Positions 23,960 to 38,340 of a stretch of DNA of 64,000 nt are shown piece by piece. The notes under the pieces were generated by a model, which did not search any database, was not told the DNA's origin, and worked only from the letters and a program-made list of their open reading frames with translations. Origin of the DNA: Eledone cirrhosa (Eukaryota); assembly GCA_964016885.1 (NCBI GenBank), contig OZ024761.1:2356001-2420000 (forward strand), given 5' to 3'. Position 1 is the first letter of the stretch, and each line of letters opens with the position of its first letter. The position numbers and the translations under genes are program-made.

Positions 23960-25135
23960 CCATACACCACACACATCACATACACACAGTGCACATACAT
24001 ACATACATACACACACACACATTGCACATACACATACATACAGTGCACATACACATACATACATACACACACAATGCACATACACATACACACACACACA
24101 TTGCACATACACATCACATACCCACATTGCACATACATACACCACACTATACCACACCACACCGCACTACACTATACATCACACCACACCACACCACTCT
24201 ATACCACACCACACTACACTACATCACACCAGACTATACCACACCACACTACACTACACCAGACTACACCACACCACACCACACCACACCATACCACACC
24301 ACACCACATCACACCACACTACACTACACCACATCACACCACACTATACCACACCACACGACACCACGCCACACTAAACCACACCACACTACACTACACC
24401 CTACCACACTACACTACAACACATAGCAGTACACCACAGCACACTACACTACACTAAACCACACCATTCTACACTACACCACACCACACTACACTACACC
24501 CACCACACTACACCACACCACACTACACCACACCACACCCACACTACACCACACCACAATACACCATACTTCACCACACTACAACACACCACACTACACT
24601 ACACCACACCACATTACACTACACCACCCCACGCTACACTACACCACACTACACCACACCACACTACACCACACTACAGCACACCACACTACAACACACC
24701 ACACTACACCGCACCATACGACGCTACACAGTGTAGGTTGGTATGGTTTAGTGTGGTCTAGTGTGGGGTGATGCGTTGCAGTGTAGTGTGGTATGCTGTA
24801 GTGTAGTGTAGTGCAGTGCAGTGCGGTGTGGTGTTTAGTGTGGTGTAGTGTGGTGTGGTGTGGTGTGATGCTTTGCAGTGTAGTGTGGTATGCTGTAGTG
24901 TAGTGCAGTGCAGTGCAGTGCGGTGTGGTGTTTAGTGTGGTGTAGTGTGGTGTGGTGTGATGTAGTGTAGTGTGGTGTGGTGTAGTGTGGTGTGGTGTCG
25001 TGTGGTGTAGTGTGTGTAGTATAGTGTGGTGTGGTGTAGTGTGGTGTAGTGTAGTGTAGTGTAGTGTGGTGTGGTGTAGTGTGGTGTAATGTGTGTATGT
25101 GTGATGTGTATGTGTGTGTGATATGTGTGTATGAT
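23960..25135. repeat. (CA)n and (CACCA/CACTA)n followed by complementary (TGGTG/TAGTG)n and (TG)n
   Basis: Strand polarity flips at CTACAC-a-GTGTAG (24724-24736). Confidence 0.9.
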
Positions 25136-25297
25136 GGCACACAAAATAGCATGCTGGGTGAATAATCCTGCAACCCCCAACTTCCTGTACCCCTGTAAGT
25201 GAATATGAAATAAAATATTTCAGGCTGAAGACCATCTGTTTTTATTTATAGTTTTACGACCTTTCATGTCAGTATCATCATCATCATAATCACCCAC

Positions 25298-28200
25298 TTA
25301 TTCCTTGGACAGTCAGGGTTTAATTCCTTGGATGGTCATGGTTTAATTGCTGGGAGGGTCATGGTTTAATTCCTTGGATGGTCATAGTTTAATTCTATGG
25401 ATGGTCATAGTTTAATTCCATGGACAGTCATGGTTTAATTCCCTGGATGGTCATGGTTTAATTCCCTGGATGGTCATGGTTTAATTCCCTGGATGGTCAT
25501 GGTTTAATTCCCTGGATGGTCATGGTTTAATTCCCTGGATGGTCATGGTTTAATTCCCTGGATGGTCATGGTTTAATTCCCTGGATGGTCATGGTTTAAT
25601 TCCCTGGATGGTCATGGTTTAATTCCCTGGATGGTCATGGTTTAATTCCCTGGATGGTCATGGTTTAATTCCCTGGATGGTCATGGTTTAATTCCCTGGA
25701 TGGTCATGGTTTAATTCCCTGGATGGTCATGGTTTAATTCCCTGGATGGTCATGGTTTAATTCCCTGGATGGTCATGGTTTAATTCCTTGGATGGTCATG
25801 GTTTAATTCCCTGGATGGTCATGGTTTAATTCCCTGGATGGTCATGGTTTAATTCCTTGAAGGGGCATGGTTTTTTTCCATGGAGGCTCATAGTTTAATT
25901 CTATGGATGGTCATAGTTTAATTCCATGGACAGTCATGGTTTAATTCCCTGGATGGTCATGGTTTAATTCCCTGGATGGTCATGGTTTAATTCCCTGGAT
26001 GGTCATGGTTTAATTCCCTGGATGGTCATGGTTTAATTCCCTGGATGGTCATGGTTTAATTCCCTGGATGGTCATGGTTTAATTCCCTGGATGGTCATGG
26101 TTTAATTCCCTGGATGGTCATGGTTTAATTCCCTGGATGGTCATGGTTTAATTCCCTGGATGGTCATGGTTTAATTCCCTGGATGGTCATGGTTTAATTC
26201 CCTGGATGGTCATGGTTTAATTCCCTGGATGGTCATGGTTTAATTCCTTGGATGGTCATGGTTTAATTCCCTGGATGGTCATGGTTTAATTCCCTGGATG
26301 GTCATGGTTTAATTCCTTGAAGGGGCATGGTTTTTTTCCATGGAGGCTCATAGTTTAATTCTATGGATGGTCATAGTTTAATTCCATGGACAGTCATGGT
26401 TTAATTCCCTGGATGGTCATGGTTTAATTCCCTGGATGGTCATGGTTTAATTCCCTGGATGGTCATGGTTTAATTCCCTGGATGGTCATGGTTTAATTCC
26501 CTGGATGGTCATGGTTTAATTCCCTGGATGGTCATGGTTTAATTCCCTGGATGGTCATGGTTTAATTCCCTGGATGGTCATGGTTTAATTCCCTGGATGG
26601 TCATGGTTTAATTCCCTGGATGGTCATGGTTTAATTCCCTGGATGGTCATGGTTTAATTCCCTGGATGGTCATGGTTTAATTCCCTGGATGGTCATGGTT
26701 TAATTCCCTGGATGGTCATGGTTTAATTCCTTGGATGGTCATGGTTTAATTCCCTGGATGGTCATGGTTTAATTCCCTGGATGGTCATGGTTTAATTCCT
26801 TGAAGGGGCATGGTTTTTTTCCATGGAGGCTCATAGTTTAATTCTATGGATGGTCATAGTTTAATTCCATGGACAGTCATGGTTTAATTCCCTGGATGGT
26901 CATGGTTTAATTCCCTGGATGGTCATGGTTTAATTCCCTGGATGGTCATGGTTTAATTCCCTGGATGGTCATGGTTTAATTCCCTGGATGGTCATGGTTT
27001 AATTCCCTGGATGGTCATGGTTTAATTCCCTGGATGGTCATGGTTTAATTCCCTGGATGGTCATGGTTTAATTCCCTGGATGGTCATGGTTTAATTCCTT
27101 GAAGGGGCATGGTTTAATTCCTTGAAGGGGCATGGTTTAATTCCTTGAAGGGGCATGGTTTAATTCCTTGAAGGGGCATGGTTTAATTCCTTGAAGGGGC
27201 ATGGTTTAATTCCTTGAAGGGGCATGGTTTAATTCCTTGAAGGGGCATGGTTTTTTTCCATGGAGGCTCATAGTTTAATTCCATGGATGGTCATGGTTTA
27301 ATTGCTGGGAGGGTCATGGTTTAATTCCATGTATGGTCATGGTTTAATTGCTTCGAAGGTCATGGTTTAATACTTGGAGGGGCATAGTTTAATTCCATGG
27401 AGGGTCATGGTTTAATTCCTAGTACAGTCATGGTTTAATTCCTTGGATAGTCATAGTTTAATTCCTTGGATGGTCATGGTTTAATTCCATGCATGGTCAT
27501 GGTTTTATTCCTTGGATGGTCATGGTTTAATTCATTGTATGCTCATGGTTTAATTGCTTGGAGGGTCATGGTTTAATTGCTTGGAGGGTCATGTTTTAAT
27601 TCCAGGGAGGGTCATGATTTAATTCCATGGAGGGTCATGGTTTAATTCCTTGGAGCGTCATGGATTAATTCCTAGGATGGTGATGGTTTAATTCCTTGGA
27701 AGGTCATGGTTTAACTCCTTGGAGGGTCATGGTTTAATTCTTTGAATGGTCATGGTTTAATTCGTTGTATGCTCATGGTTTAATTGCTTGGAGGGTCATA
27801 GTTTACTTCCTTGGATAGTCATAGTTTAATTGCTTGGAGGGTCATGGTTTAATTGCTTGGATGGTCATGTTTTAATTCCTTGGAGCATCATGGATTAATT
27901 CCTAGGATGGTGATGGTTTAATTCCTTGGAAGGTCATGGTTTAACTCCTTGGAGGGTGATGATTTGATTCCATGGAGGGTCATGGTTTAATTACTTGGAG
28001 GGTCATGGTTTAATTATTTGGATGGTCATGGTTTAATTCTTTGGAGAGTCATGGATTAATTCCTAGGATGTTCATGGTTTAATTCCTTGGAAGGTCATTG
28101 TTTAATTCCTTGGATGGTCATGGTTTAATTCCTTGAAGGGTCATGGTTTAATTGCTGGGAGGGTCATTGTTTAATTCCATGGATGGTCATCGTTTAATTG

Positions 28201-31200
28201 CTTGGAGGGTCATGGTTTAATCCTTGGAGGGTCATGGTTTAATTCCATGGAGGGTCATGGTTTAATTCCTTGGACAGTCATGGTTTAATTCCTTGGATGG
28301 TCATGGTTTGATTCCATGGAGGGTCATGGTTTAATTCCAGGGAGGGTCATGATTTAATTCCATGGAGGGTCGTGGTTTAATTGCTTGGAGGGTCATAGTT
28401 TACTTCCTTGGATAGTCATAGTTTAATTGCTTGGAGGGTCATGGTTTAATTGCTTGGATGGTCATGTTTTAATTACTTAGATGGTGATGGTTTAATTTGT
28501 TGTATGCTCATGGTTTAATTGCTTGGAGGGTCATGGTTTAATTGCTTGGAGGGTCATGTTTTAATTCCAGGGAGGGTCATGATTTAATTCCATGGATGGT
28601 CATGGTTTAATTGCTTGGAGGGTTATGGTTTAATTGCTTGGATGGCCAGGTTTTAATTCATTGGAGGGTCATGGATTAATTCCTAGGATGGTGATGGTTT
28701 AATTCCTTGGAAGGTCATGGTTTAACTCCTTGGAGGGTCATGGTTTAATTCTTTCAATGGTCATGGTTTAATTCCTTGGAGGGTCATGATTTGATTCCAT
28801 GGAGGGTCATGGTTTAATTCCTTGGACAGTCAGGGTTTAATTCCTTGGATGGTCATGGTTTGATTCCATGGAGGGTCATGATTTAATTACTTGGATGGTC
28901 ATGGTTTAATTCCTTGGTGGGTCATGGTGTAATTCCATGGAGGGTCATGGTTTAATTCCAGGGAGGGTCATGATTTAATTCCATGGAGGGTCATGGTTTA
29001 ATTGCTTGGAGGGTCATAGTTTACTTCCTTGGATAGTCATAGTTTAATTGCTTGGATGGTCATGTTTTAATTCCTTGGAGGGTCATGGATTAATTCCTAG
29101 GATGGTGATGGTTTAATTCCTTGGAAGGTCATGGTTTAACTCCTTGGAGGGTCATGGTTTAATTCTTTGAATGGTCATGGTTTAATTCCTTGGAAGGTCA
29201 TGGTTTGATTTCATGGAGGGTTATGGTTTAATACCATGGATAGTCATGGTTTAATTCCATGGAGGGTCATGGTTTAATTGCTTGGATGGTCATGGCTTAA
29301 TTCCAGAGAGGGTCATCGTTTAATTGCTTGGATGGTCATGGTTTAATTCCGTGGAGGGTCATGGATTAATTCCTTGGATGGTCATGGTTTAATTCCTTGG
29401 GGGGTCATGTTTTAACTCCTTGGAGGGTCATGGTTTAATTCCATGGATGATCAAGGTTTAATTCCTCGGATGGTTACGGTTTAAGTTCTTGGACAGTGAC
29501 TGTTCATTTTCTTGGATGGTCGTGGTTTAATTCCATGGGTGGGTCATAGTTTAATTCCATGGATTGTCATGGTTTAATTCCTTTGATGGTCATGGTTTGA
29601 TTCCATGGATAGTCATGGTTTAATTCCATGGAGGGTCATGGTTTAATTGCTTGGAGGGTCATGGTTTAATTGCTTGGAGGGTCATGGTTTAATTCCTTTG
29701 ATGGTCATGGTTTGATTCCATGGAGGGTCATGGTTTAATTCCATGGATAGTCATTGTTTAATTCCATGGAGGGTCTTGGTTTAATTCCTTGGAGGGTCAT
29801 GGTTTTATTGCTTGGAGGGTCATGGTTTGATTCCATGGAGGGTCATGGATTAATTCCTTGGATGGTCATTGTTTAATTCCTTGGAAGGTCATAGTTTAAC
29901 TCCTTGGAGGGTCATGGTTTAATTCCATGGATGATCATGGTTTAATTCTTTGGAGGGTCATGGTTTAATTCCTTGGATGGTTACAGTTTAAGTCCTTGGA
30001 CAGTCACTGTTTATTTTCTTGGATGGTCGTGGTTTAATTCCACGGGGGAGGGGGTCATGGTTTAATTCAATGGATTGTCATGGTTTAATTCCTTGGATGG
30101 TCATGGTTCGATTCCATGGAGGGTCATGGTTTAATTCTTTTGGATGGTCATAGTTTAATACCTTGGAGGGTCATGGTGTAATTCCATGGAGGGTCATGGT
30201 TTAGTTGCTTGGATGGTCATGGTTTAATTACTTGGAGGGTCATGGTTTAATTCTTTGGATGGTCATGGTGTAATTCCATGGAGGGTCATGGTGTAATTCC
30301 ATGGAGGGCCATGGTTTAATTCCTTGGAGGGTCATGGGTTAAGTCTTTGGATGGTCATGGTTTAATTGCTTGGAGGGTCATGGTTTAATTCCATGGAGGG
30401 TTATGATTTAATTCCATGGAGGGTCATGGTTTAATTCCATCGAGAGTCATGGTTTACTTCCTTGGATAGTCATGGTTTAATTGCTTGGAGGGTCACCGTT
30501 TAATTGCTTGGATGGTCATGGTTCAATTCCTTGGAGGGTCATGGATCATTTCCTTGGATGGTCATGGTTTAATTCCTTGAAAGGTCATGGTATAACTCCT
30601 TGGAAGCTCCTGGTTTAATTCCATGGATGGTCATGGTTTAATTCCTTGGAGGGTCATGGTTTATATTCCTTGGATGGTTACGGTTTAATTCCTTGGGCAG
30701 TCACTGTTTATTTCCTTGGAGGGTCATGGTTTAATTCCTTGGATAGTCATGGTTTAATTCCATGGACAGTCACGGTTTATTTCCTTGGATAGTCATGATT
30801 TATTTCCTTGGATAGTCATGGTTTAATTCCATGGACAGTCACGGTTTATTTCTTTGGATGGACATGGGTTAATTGCAGTGAGGGTCATGGATTAATTCCT
30901 TGGAGGGTCATGGTTTAATTCGATGGAGGGTCATGATTTAATTCGATGGAGGGTCATGGTTTAATTGCTTGGAGGGTCATGGTTTACTTCCTTGGATAGT
31001 CGTGGTTTAATTGCTTGGATGGTCATGGTTTAATTCCAGGGAGGGTCATAGTTTAATTGCTTGGATGGTCATGGTTTAATTCCGTGGAGGGTCATGGATT
31101 AATTCCTTGGAGGGTCATGGTTTAATTCCTTGGAAGGTCATGGTTTAACTCCTTGGAGGGTCATGGTTTAATTCCATGGATGATCATGGTTTAATCCCTT

Positions 31201-34200
31201 GGAGGGTCATGGTTTAGTTCCTCGGATGGTTACGGTTTAAGTCCTTGGACAGTCACTGTTTATTTTCTTGGATTGTCGTGGTTTAATTACAGGGGGGGGG
31301 GGAGTCATGGTTTAATTCCATGGATTGTCATGGTTTAATTCCATGGATTCTCATGGTTTAATTCCATGGATTGTCATGGTTTAATTGCTTGGATGGTCAT
31401 GGTTCGATTCCATGGAGGGTCATGGTTTAATTGCTTGAAGGGTCATGGTTTAATTCTTTGGATGGTCATAGTTTAATTCCTTGGTGGGTCATGGTGTAAT
31501 TCCATGGAGGGTCATGGTTTAATTGCTTGGATGGTCATGGTTTAATTCTTTGGATGGTCATAGTTTAATTCCTTGGAGGGTCATGGTGTAATTCCATAGA
31601 GGGTCATGGTGTAATTCCATGGAGGGCCATGGTTTAATTCCTTGGAGGGTTATGGGTTAAATCTTTGGATGGTCATGGTTTAATTGCTTGGAGGGTCATG
31701 GTTTGATTCCATGGAGGGTTATGATTTAATTCTATAGAGGGTCATGGTTTAATTCCATGGAGGGTCATGGTTTACTTCCTTGGATAGTCATGGTTTACTT
31801 GCTTGGAGGGTCACGGTTTAATTGCTTGGATGGTCATGGTTCAATCCCTTGGAGGGTCATGGATCATTTCCTTGGATGGTCATGGTTTAATTCCTTGGAG
31901 GGTCATGGTTTATATTCCTTGGATGGTTACGATTTAATTCCTTGGGCAGTCACTGTTTATTTCCTTGGAAGGTCATGGTTTAATTCCTTGGATAGTCATG
32001 GTCTAATTCCATGGACAGTCACGGTTTATTTCCTTGGATGGACATGGGTTAATTGCAGTGAGAGTCATGGATTAATTCCTTGGAGGGTCATGGTTTAATT
32101 CGATGGAGGATTATGATTTAATTCCTCAGATGGTTACAGTTTAAGTCCTTGGACAGTCACTGTTTATTTTCTTGGATGGTCGTGGTTTAATTACATGGGG
32201 GGGGGGGTCATGGTTTAATTCAATGGAATGTCATGGTTTAATTCCTTCGATGGTCATGGTTCGATTCCATGGAGGGTCATGGTTCAATTGCTTGAAGGGT
32301 CATGGTTTAATTCTTTGGAGTGTCATAGTTTAATTCCTTGGAGGGTCATGGTGTAATTCCATGGAGGGTCATGGTTTAATTGCTTGGATGGTCATGGTTT
32401 AATTACTTGGTCGGTCATGGTTTAATTACTTGGACGGTCATGGTTTAATTCTTTGGATGGTCATGGTGTTATTCCATGGAGGGTCATGGTGTAATTCCAT
32501 GGAGGGCCATGGTTTAATTCCTTGGAGGGTCATGGGTTAAGTCTTTGGATGGCCATGGTTTAATTGCTTGGAGGGTCATGGTTTAATTCCATGGAGAGTT
32601 ATGATTTAATTCCATGGAGGGTCATGGTTTACTTCCTTGGATAGTCATGGTTTAATTGCTTGGAGGGTCACGGTTTAATTGCTTGGATGGTCATGGTTTA
32701 ATTCCTTGGAGGCTCATGGATCATTTCCTTGGATGGTCATGGTTTAATTCCTTGAAAGGTCATGGTATAACTCCTTGGAAGCTCCTGGTTTAATTCCATG
32801 GATGGTCATGGTTTAATTCCTTGGAGGGTCATGGTTTATATTCCTTGGATGGTTACGGTTTAATTCCTTCGGCAGTCACTGTTTATTTCCTTGGAGGGTC
32901 ATGGTTTAATTCCTTGGATAGTCATGGTTTAATTCCATGGACAGTCACGGTTTATTTCCTTGGATGGACATGGGTTAATTGCAGTGAGGGTCATGGATTA
33001 ATTCCTTGGAGGGTCATGGTTTAATTCGATGGAGGGTTATGGTTTAATTCCTCAGATGGTTACAGTTTAAGTCCCTGGACAGTCACTGTTTATTTTCTTG
33101 GATGGTCGTGGTTTAATTCCATGGGGGGGGGGGGGTCATGGTTTAATTCAATGGAATGTCATGGTTTAATTCCTTCGATGGTCATGGTTCGATTCCATGG
33201 AGGGTCATGGTTCAATTGCTTGAAGGGTCCTGGTTTAATTCTTTGGATGGTCATAGTTTAATTCCTTGGAGGGTCATGGTGTAATTCCATGGAGGGTCAT
33301 CGTTTAATTGCTTGGATGGTCATGGTTTAATTACTTGGTCGGTCATGGTTTAATTACTTGGACGGTCATGGTTTAATTCTTTGGATGGTCATGGTGTTAT
33401 TCCATGGAGGGTCATGGTGTAATTCCATGGAGGGCCATGGTTTAATTCCTTGGAGGGTCATGGATTAAGTCTTTGGATGGTCATGGTTTAATTGCTTGGA
33501 GCGTCATGGTTTAATTCCATGGAGGGTTATGATTTAATTCCATGGAGGGTCATGGTTTAATTCCATGGAGGGTCATGGTTTACTTCCTTGGATAGTCATG
33601 GTTTAATTGCTTGGAGGGTCACGGTTTAATTGCTTGGATGGTCATGGTTTAATTCCTTGGAGGGTCATGGATGATTTCCTTGGATGGTCATGGTTTAATT
33701 CCTTGAAAGGTCATGGTATAACTCCTTGGAAGCTCCTGGTTTAATTCCATGGATGGTCATGGTTTAATTCCTTGGAGGGTCATGGTTTATATTCCTTGGA
33801 TGGTTACGGTTTAATTCCTTGGGCAGTCACTGTTTATTTCCTTGGAGGGTCATGGTTTAATTCCTTGGATAGTCATGGTTTAATTCCATGGACAGTCACG
33901 GTTTATTTCCTTGGATGGACATGGGTTAATTGCAGTGAGGGTCATGGATTAATTCCTTGGAGGGTCATGGTTTAATTCGATGGAGGGTCATGATTTAATT
34001 CGATGGAGGGTCATGGTTTAATTGCTTGGAGGGTCATGGTTTACTTCCTTGGATAGTCATGGTTTAATTGCTTGGATGGTCATGGTTTAATTCCAGGGAG
34101 GGTCATAGTTTAATTGCTTGGATGGTCATGGTTTAATTCCGTGGAGGGTCATGGATTAATTCCTTGGATGGTCATGGTTTAATTCCTTGGAAGGTCATGG

Positions 34201-36690
34201 TTTAACTCCTTGGAGGGTCATGGTTTAATTCCATGGATGATCATGGTTTAATTCCTCGGATGGTTACGGTTTAAGTCCTTGGACAGTCACTGTTTATTTT
34301 CTTGGATGGTCGTGGTTTAATTCCAGGGGGGTGGGTCATGGTTTAATTCCATGGATTGTCATGGTTTAATTCCTTTGATGGACATGGTTCGATTCCATGG
34401 AGGGTCATGGTTTAATTGCTTGAAGGGTCATGGTTTAATTCTTTGGATGGTCATAGTTTAATTCCTTGGTGGGTCATGGTGTAATTCCATGGAGGGTCAT
34501 GGTTTAATTCCGTGGAGGGCCATGGTTTAATTCCTTGGAGGGTCATGGATTAAATCTTTGGATGGTCATGGTTAAATTGCTTGGAAGGTCATAGTTTGAT
34601 TCCATGGAGGGTTATAATTTAATTCCATGGAGGGTCATGATTTAATTCCATGGAGGGTCATGGTTTACTTCCTTGGATAGTCATGGTTTACTTGCTTGGA
34701 GGGTCACGATTTAATTGCTTGGATGGTCATGGTTCAATTCCTTGGAGTGTCATGGATGATTTCCTTGGATGGTCATGTTTAATTCCTTGAAAGGTCATGG
34801 TTTAACTCCTTGGAAGGTCCTGGTTTAATTCCATGGATGGTCATGGTTTAATTCCTTGGAGGGTCATGGTTTATATTCCTTGGATGGTTACGATTTAATT
34901 CCTTGGGCAGTCACTGTTTATTTCCTTGGAGGGTCATGGTTTAATTCCTTGGATAGTCATGGTTTAATTCCATGGACAGTCACGGTTTATTTCCTTGGGT
35001 GGACATGGGTTAATTGCAGTGAGGGTCATGGATTAATTCCTTGGAGGGTCATGGTTTAATTCCATGGAGGGTCATGATTTAATTCCATGGAGGGTCATGG
35101 TTTAATTGCTTGGAGGGTCATGGTTTACTTCCTTGGATAGTCGTGGTTTAATTGCTTGGATGGTCATGGTTTAATTCCAGGGAGGGTCATAGTTTAATTG
35201 CTTGGATGGTCATGGTTTAATTCCGTGGAGGGTCATGGATTAATTCCTTGGATGGTCATGGTTTAATTCCTTGGAAGGTCGTTTTAACTCCTTGGGTGGT
35301 CATGGTTTAATTCCATGGATGATCGAGGTTTAATTCCTCGGATGGTTACGGTTCAAGTCCTTGGACAGTCACTGTTCATTTTCTTGGATGGTCGTGGTTT
35401 AATTCCATGGATTGTCATGGTTTATTTCCTTTGATGGTCATGGTTTGATTCCATGGAGGGTCATGGTTTAATTCCTTGGAAGGTCATGGTTTAACTCCTT
35501 GGAGGTTCATTGTTTAATTCCATGGATGATCATGGTTTAATTCCTTGGAGGGTCATGGTTTAATTCCTCGGATGGTTACGGTTTAAGTCCTTGGACAGTC
35601 ACTGTTTATTTTCTTCGATGGTCGTGGTTTAATTCCATGGGGAGGGGCAGGGGTCATGGTTTAATTTCATGGATTGTCATGGTTTAATTCCTTGGATGGT
35701 CATGGTTCGATTCCATGGAGGGTCATGGTTTAATTCTTTGGATGGTCATAGTTTAATTCCTTGGAGAGTCATGGTGTAATTCCATGGAGGGTCATGGTTT
35801 AATTGCTTGGATGGTCATGGTTTAACTCCTTGGAGTGTCATGGTTTAATTCCTTGGAGGGTCATGGTTTAAATCCTTGGAGGATCATGGTTTAATTCCTT
35901 GGATGGTCATGGTTTAATTCCATGGAGGGGCATGGTTTAATTCCATGGAGAGTCATGGTTTAATTACTTGGAAGGTAATGGTTTAATTACTTGAGGGTAA
36001 TGGTTTAATTCCATGGCGGGTCATGGTTTAAATTCCATGGAGCGTCATGGTTTAATTGCTTGGATGGTAATGGTTTAATAGCTTGAAGTGTCATGGTTTA
36101 ATATCTTGAAGGGTCATGGTTTAATTGCTTGGAGGGTTATGGTTTAATTCCATGGAGGGGCATAGTTTAATTCCATAGAGCGTCATGGTTTAATTCCTTG
36201 GAAGGTCATGGTTTAATTCCTTGGACAGTCAGCGTTTAATTCCATGGAGGGTCATGGTTTAATTCTTTGGATGGTCATGCTTTAATTGCTTGGAGGGTCA
36301 TGATTTAATTCCTTGGAGGGTCCTGGTTTAATTCTATGGTGGGTCATGGTTTAATTGCTTGGAGGGTCATGGTTTAATTGCTTGGATGGTCGTGGTTTAA
36401 TTCCCTGGAGGGTCATCGTTTAATTGTTTGGAGGGTCATGGTTTAATCCCTTGGAGGCTCATGGTTTAATTCCTTGCATGATCATTTTTTAATTCCTTGC
36501 AGGGCCATGCTTTAACTCCTTGGAGAGTCATGGTTTAATTTCTTGGACAGTCACAGTTTAATTCCTTGGATGGTCATTATTTAATTCCTTGGAACATATA
36601 TGGTTTAATTCCGTGGAGGGTGATGGTTTAATTCTATGGAGGGTCATGGTTTAATTACATGGAGGGTCATAGTTTAATTTCCTTGGTTTA
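25298..36690. repeat. 23-bp satellite, ~490 monomers, with higher-order repeats
   Basis: Monomer GGTCATGGTTTAATTCC(C/T/A)TGGA(T/G); homogeneous on the left, divergent on the right. Confidence 0.97.
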
Positions 36691-36939
36691 TTTATACACT
36701 AACTAAAAAAAAATAATTTACAATGTTTTGCAATATTCGTTCCAACTTTTCCAGCTTTCTACATTCTGAGTTCAAATCCTTCTGAGGTGTGTTCTTCTTC
36801 AGCCACTTATTCCTTGGAGGAGCAGAGGCCTCAAGTACTCTTTCCGGCAACATCTACAATTGATTTGGCTATATTCCCAACTGAGCTCATGTACATTATC
36901 CAATCATTTTGTTCAATGGTGTTGGATATGTTTGACATG

Positions 36940-37020
36940 TGCAGCCAGGTTGGAAGTGGTATCAAGACTGGCGGGTCTCGGATCAGTCACCTGCAATTTG
37001 CGGATGAAATTGTATTATTA
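36940..37020 (+). mobile_element. Non-LTR RT fragment
   Basis: GIKTGGSRISHLQFADEIVLL (FADD-like motif). Confidence 0.55.
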
Positions 37021-37024
37021 TTTA

Positions 37025-37366
37025 ACTCAGAGTTACGGCCCTTTAGATTCTAAGTTCAAATCCTACATTTCATCCTTAGGGGGATTGATAAAATAAAGTA
37101 CCAGTCACGTACTGGGGTCGACTTTCCTCGCCCCCAAAATTGCTGGCCTTGTGACTAAATCAGAAACCATTATTACTTAACTCAGGTAGTGGACTGGCAG
37201 AGCGTTGGACACCATGCTTTGTAGCATAGAGTTACGTCCCTTTACGATCTGAGTTCAAATCCCGCCGAGGTCGACTTTGCCTTTCATCCTTACGGGGTCG
37301 ATAAAATAAAGTACCAGTAATGCACTGGGTAATTGCTGGCCTTGTGCCTAAAGTAGAAACAATTAT
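37025..37366 (+). mobile_element. Two tandem tRNA-derived SINE copies (partial 37025-37175; near-full 37185-37366)
   Basis: B-box GAGTTCAAATCC and shared tail GATAAAATAAAGTACCAG...TTGCTGGCCTTGTG. Confidence 0.75.
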
Positions 37367-37409
37367 TTCTACAACAGGATTCCTTCTCTAACACCAACCT
37401 CCTAATAAA

Positions 37410-37545
37410 GTGTTTTCTTCTTTGCTTGTTTATTCCTGGGAGGGGGAGAGAGGACCGAGTCCTCAGACACACCTTCCAGATTGATCTAGCTAGATCTGCA
37501 AGCAAGACCAAACCAAGCTCACGGATGTTTTCCAACCATCTTGCT
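37410..37545 (-). mobile_element. RTE (Rex3/Expander-like) 3' end fragment
   Basis: Minus strand reads WLENIRELG; homologous to ~38630-38750 and 41145-41300. Confidence 0.6.
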
Positions 37546-37779
37546 CTTTATCAGCATCTGGGTCTCCAGTTGATTAGATTTGCCTGTATAATCTGTCCAG
37601 TGTGTTTTATTCTATTTTATTAATGTTTAAGTCAGTGTGTATAACCCATCTGAGATTCAGTGAAACTGGTGAGAGGCAGGGAGGAAGGTATTCTCAAACC
37701 TGACGCCTGGTCATCGTAGCTCCCCACCATCTTCAGTGACCAATCACCATAGTTTTTCACCAAGATAGTCCCCCTCCAA

Positions 37780-38340
37780 GGCAGAAGCCTGGACAAGGTT
37801 TGTTTGTGGAAGACCAGCAGTCACCCATGCATGCCAGTCTCCCCTCTCCATGTCACCGATGTTGTCCAAGAGAAAGGCAAAGACCAATACAGCTTGGTAC
37901 TAGTGACGTCACAACTATATATATACGGCATATACACTATACATATAATATACACCCTATATATACACTGCATGGATACACTGGAAGAGGGAGACCGAGG
38001 TTGACATATGTTGATGCTCTAAGGACAGACACTGGTCTCTTGGAGGCGCAGGACATGGCAACAATGATGAGTGACAGAGACCGTTAGAGAGAACTCGTCC
38101 ATGGATCTTTGGAATTTTACCCGCCCTAGATAGATAGACAGATATATGATAATGTCCGAGGGAAAGGCTGATACAGTTTGGCACCAGTGATGTAGCATAT
38201 TATTTCTACAGCTGAGTGAACTGGAGCAATGTGAAATAAAGTGTCTTGCTCAAGAACACAACATACTGTCTGGTCCGGGATTTGAACTCACATTAGAATT
38301 ATGAGCTCAACACTCTAAGCACTAAGTCACGCATCTTCAC
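37780..38340 (-). mobile_element. SINE pieces (second family) with an interposed + strand RTE 3' fragment (37975-38145)
   Basis: SINE body AAAGTGTCTTGCTCAAG and tRNA-like head at 38270-38340; the RTE piece reads RGRPRLTYVDALRTDTGL. Confidence 0.65.

Noticed and set aside
37185-37270. tRNA gene candidates at SINE heads
   Set aside because: A/B-box-like motifs run into SINE bodies and do not close a cloverleaf.
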